A stretch of 64,000 nt of DNA from Octopus bimaculoides (taxonomy: Eukaryota). Where the stretch lies: the NCBI RefSeq assembly GCF_001194135.2, contig NC_068991.1:44341317-44405316 (forward strand), in the 5' to 3' direction. The notes under the pieces were generated by a model, which was given only the letters and a program-made list of their open reading frames with translations, ran no database searches and was not told the DNA's origin. Position numbers and translations under genes: made by a program. Of the stretch, positions 63,110-64,000 are shown piece by piece; position 1 is the stretch's first letter, and each line of letters begins with the position of its first letter.

Positions 63110-63363
63110 AGATACATAAATTGAAAGAAAAGTTGATACATAGATACATACACACATTGATAAATTAAAGCAGGAGAGAGGAGGGACACAGAGGAAATGA
63201 GAGAGACAGTAGATACATAGATCAAAAGAAAAGTTGATACATAGATACATACACACATTGTTAAATTAAAGCAGAAGAGAGGAGGGACACAGGAAATGAG
63301 AGAGACAATAGATACATAGATCAAAAGAAAAGTTGATACATAGATACATACACGCATTGTTAA
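63110..63363. repeat. 2.5-copy minisatellite, period about 100 bp
   Basis: gatacata....aaagaaaagttgatacatagatacatacac.cattg.taa units start at 63111, 63212 and 63311. Confidence 0.9.
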
Positions 63364-64000
63364 CTCAAAGACAAATAACTACAGCAAATACTGGATGTCA
63401 CTTTCACTTTTCATTACCACATGAGGATAAAATTAACTCACAAGTGGCAGAGTACTCCACAGATATGCATATCATTACCATAGTTATCAGAGATTCAGCC
63501 TCGCACAGAACAACTCATTTTGGCCAGCTGAGTGGACTGGAGCAAGGTAAACCATCAAGTTGTTGGAAGAAAACGGAAAAAGATCTTATACAGGGGCAGG
63601 AAAATCCTTTTAGTCATTAGGGTCACCATGAGTGTTAATCAGGTCCTAACAGCAGCATTTGTGGGTCTCACAGATCTGGAGGCCAAGCCCCCAGATAAAC
63701 ACTGATGCGCAGGCTGTTATTATCAAACTGAGTGAGAGTCAAGGGTGATTACATGATGGAATAACAATTATTTTGTCTTAGCTTTCACTGCTTATACTAA
63801 ACACATGATGTTTTTGCCTTACGATATGAAACATTTCCTTTCCTTTCACTCTTTTTTAAAAAATGGCATTCCATCAGTTACGATGACAAGGCTCCTTTTT
63901 ATCTGATCAATGGAACAGTCTGCTCATAAAATTAACGTGCAAGTGGCTGAGTACTCCATAGACATGCATACCATAAGGTAGTTCTCAGGGAGATTCAGCT

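Noticed and set aside
1-64000. CRISPR arrays, operons or other prokaryotic systems
   Set aside because: The window is spliced eukaryotic DNA and no regularly spaced repeat-spacer array is present.

Overview
AT-rich, repeat-dense metazoan genomic DNA with three N gaps. The SINE/LINE repertoire looks like that of an octopus; this is inferred from repeat families I recognise, not from a search. Two genes converge tail to tail, about 7.4 kb apart. On the + strand lies the 3' part of a MARK/PAR-1 kinase: four phase-compatible spacer exons, candidate frame-preserving microexons, and the KA1 exon whose 5' end is hidden in a gap. On the - strand lies the 3' part of MOCS3/UBA4: end of the MoeB-like domain plus the rhodanese domain, in four exons. 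The introns hold R4/Dong, CR1/L2-like, RTE-like and CRE-like LINE remnants, a complete but dead IR/DR-type Tc1 element, a Penelope-like element nested in a LINE, MITEs, SINEs and microsatellites. Best leads: (1) a complete U12-type (minor spliceosome) intron in MOCS3 and the branch-point signature of a second one; (2) a Penelope terminal repeat that joins a tRNA-like Pol III promoter to a minimal hammerhead ribozyme; (3) a microexon cassette and alternative ends controlling the MARK KA1 domain; (4) a CHHGND rhodanese loop whose two His codons are each one A-to-G change from Arg; (5) several long fold-backs in the MARK pre-mRNA.
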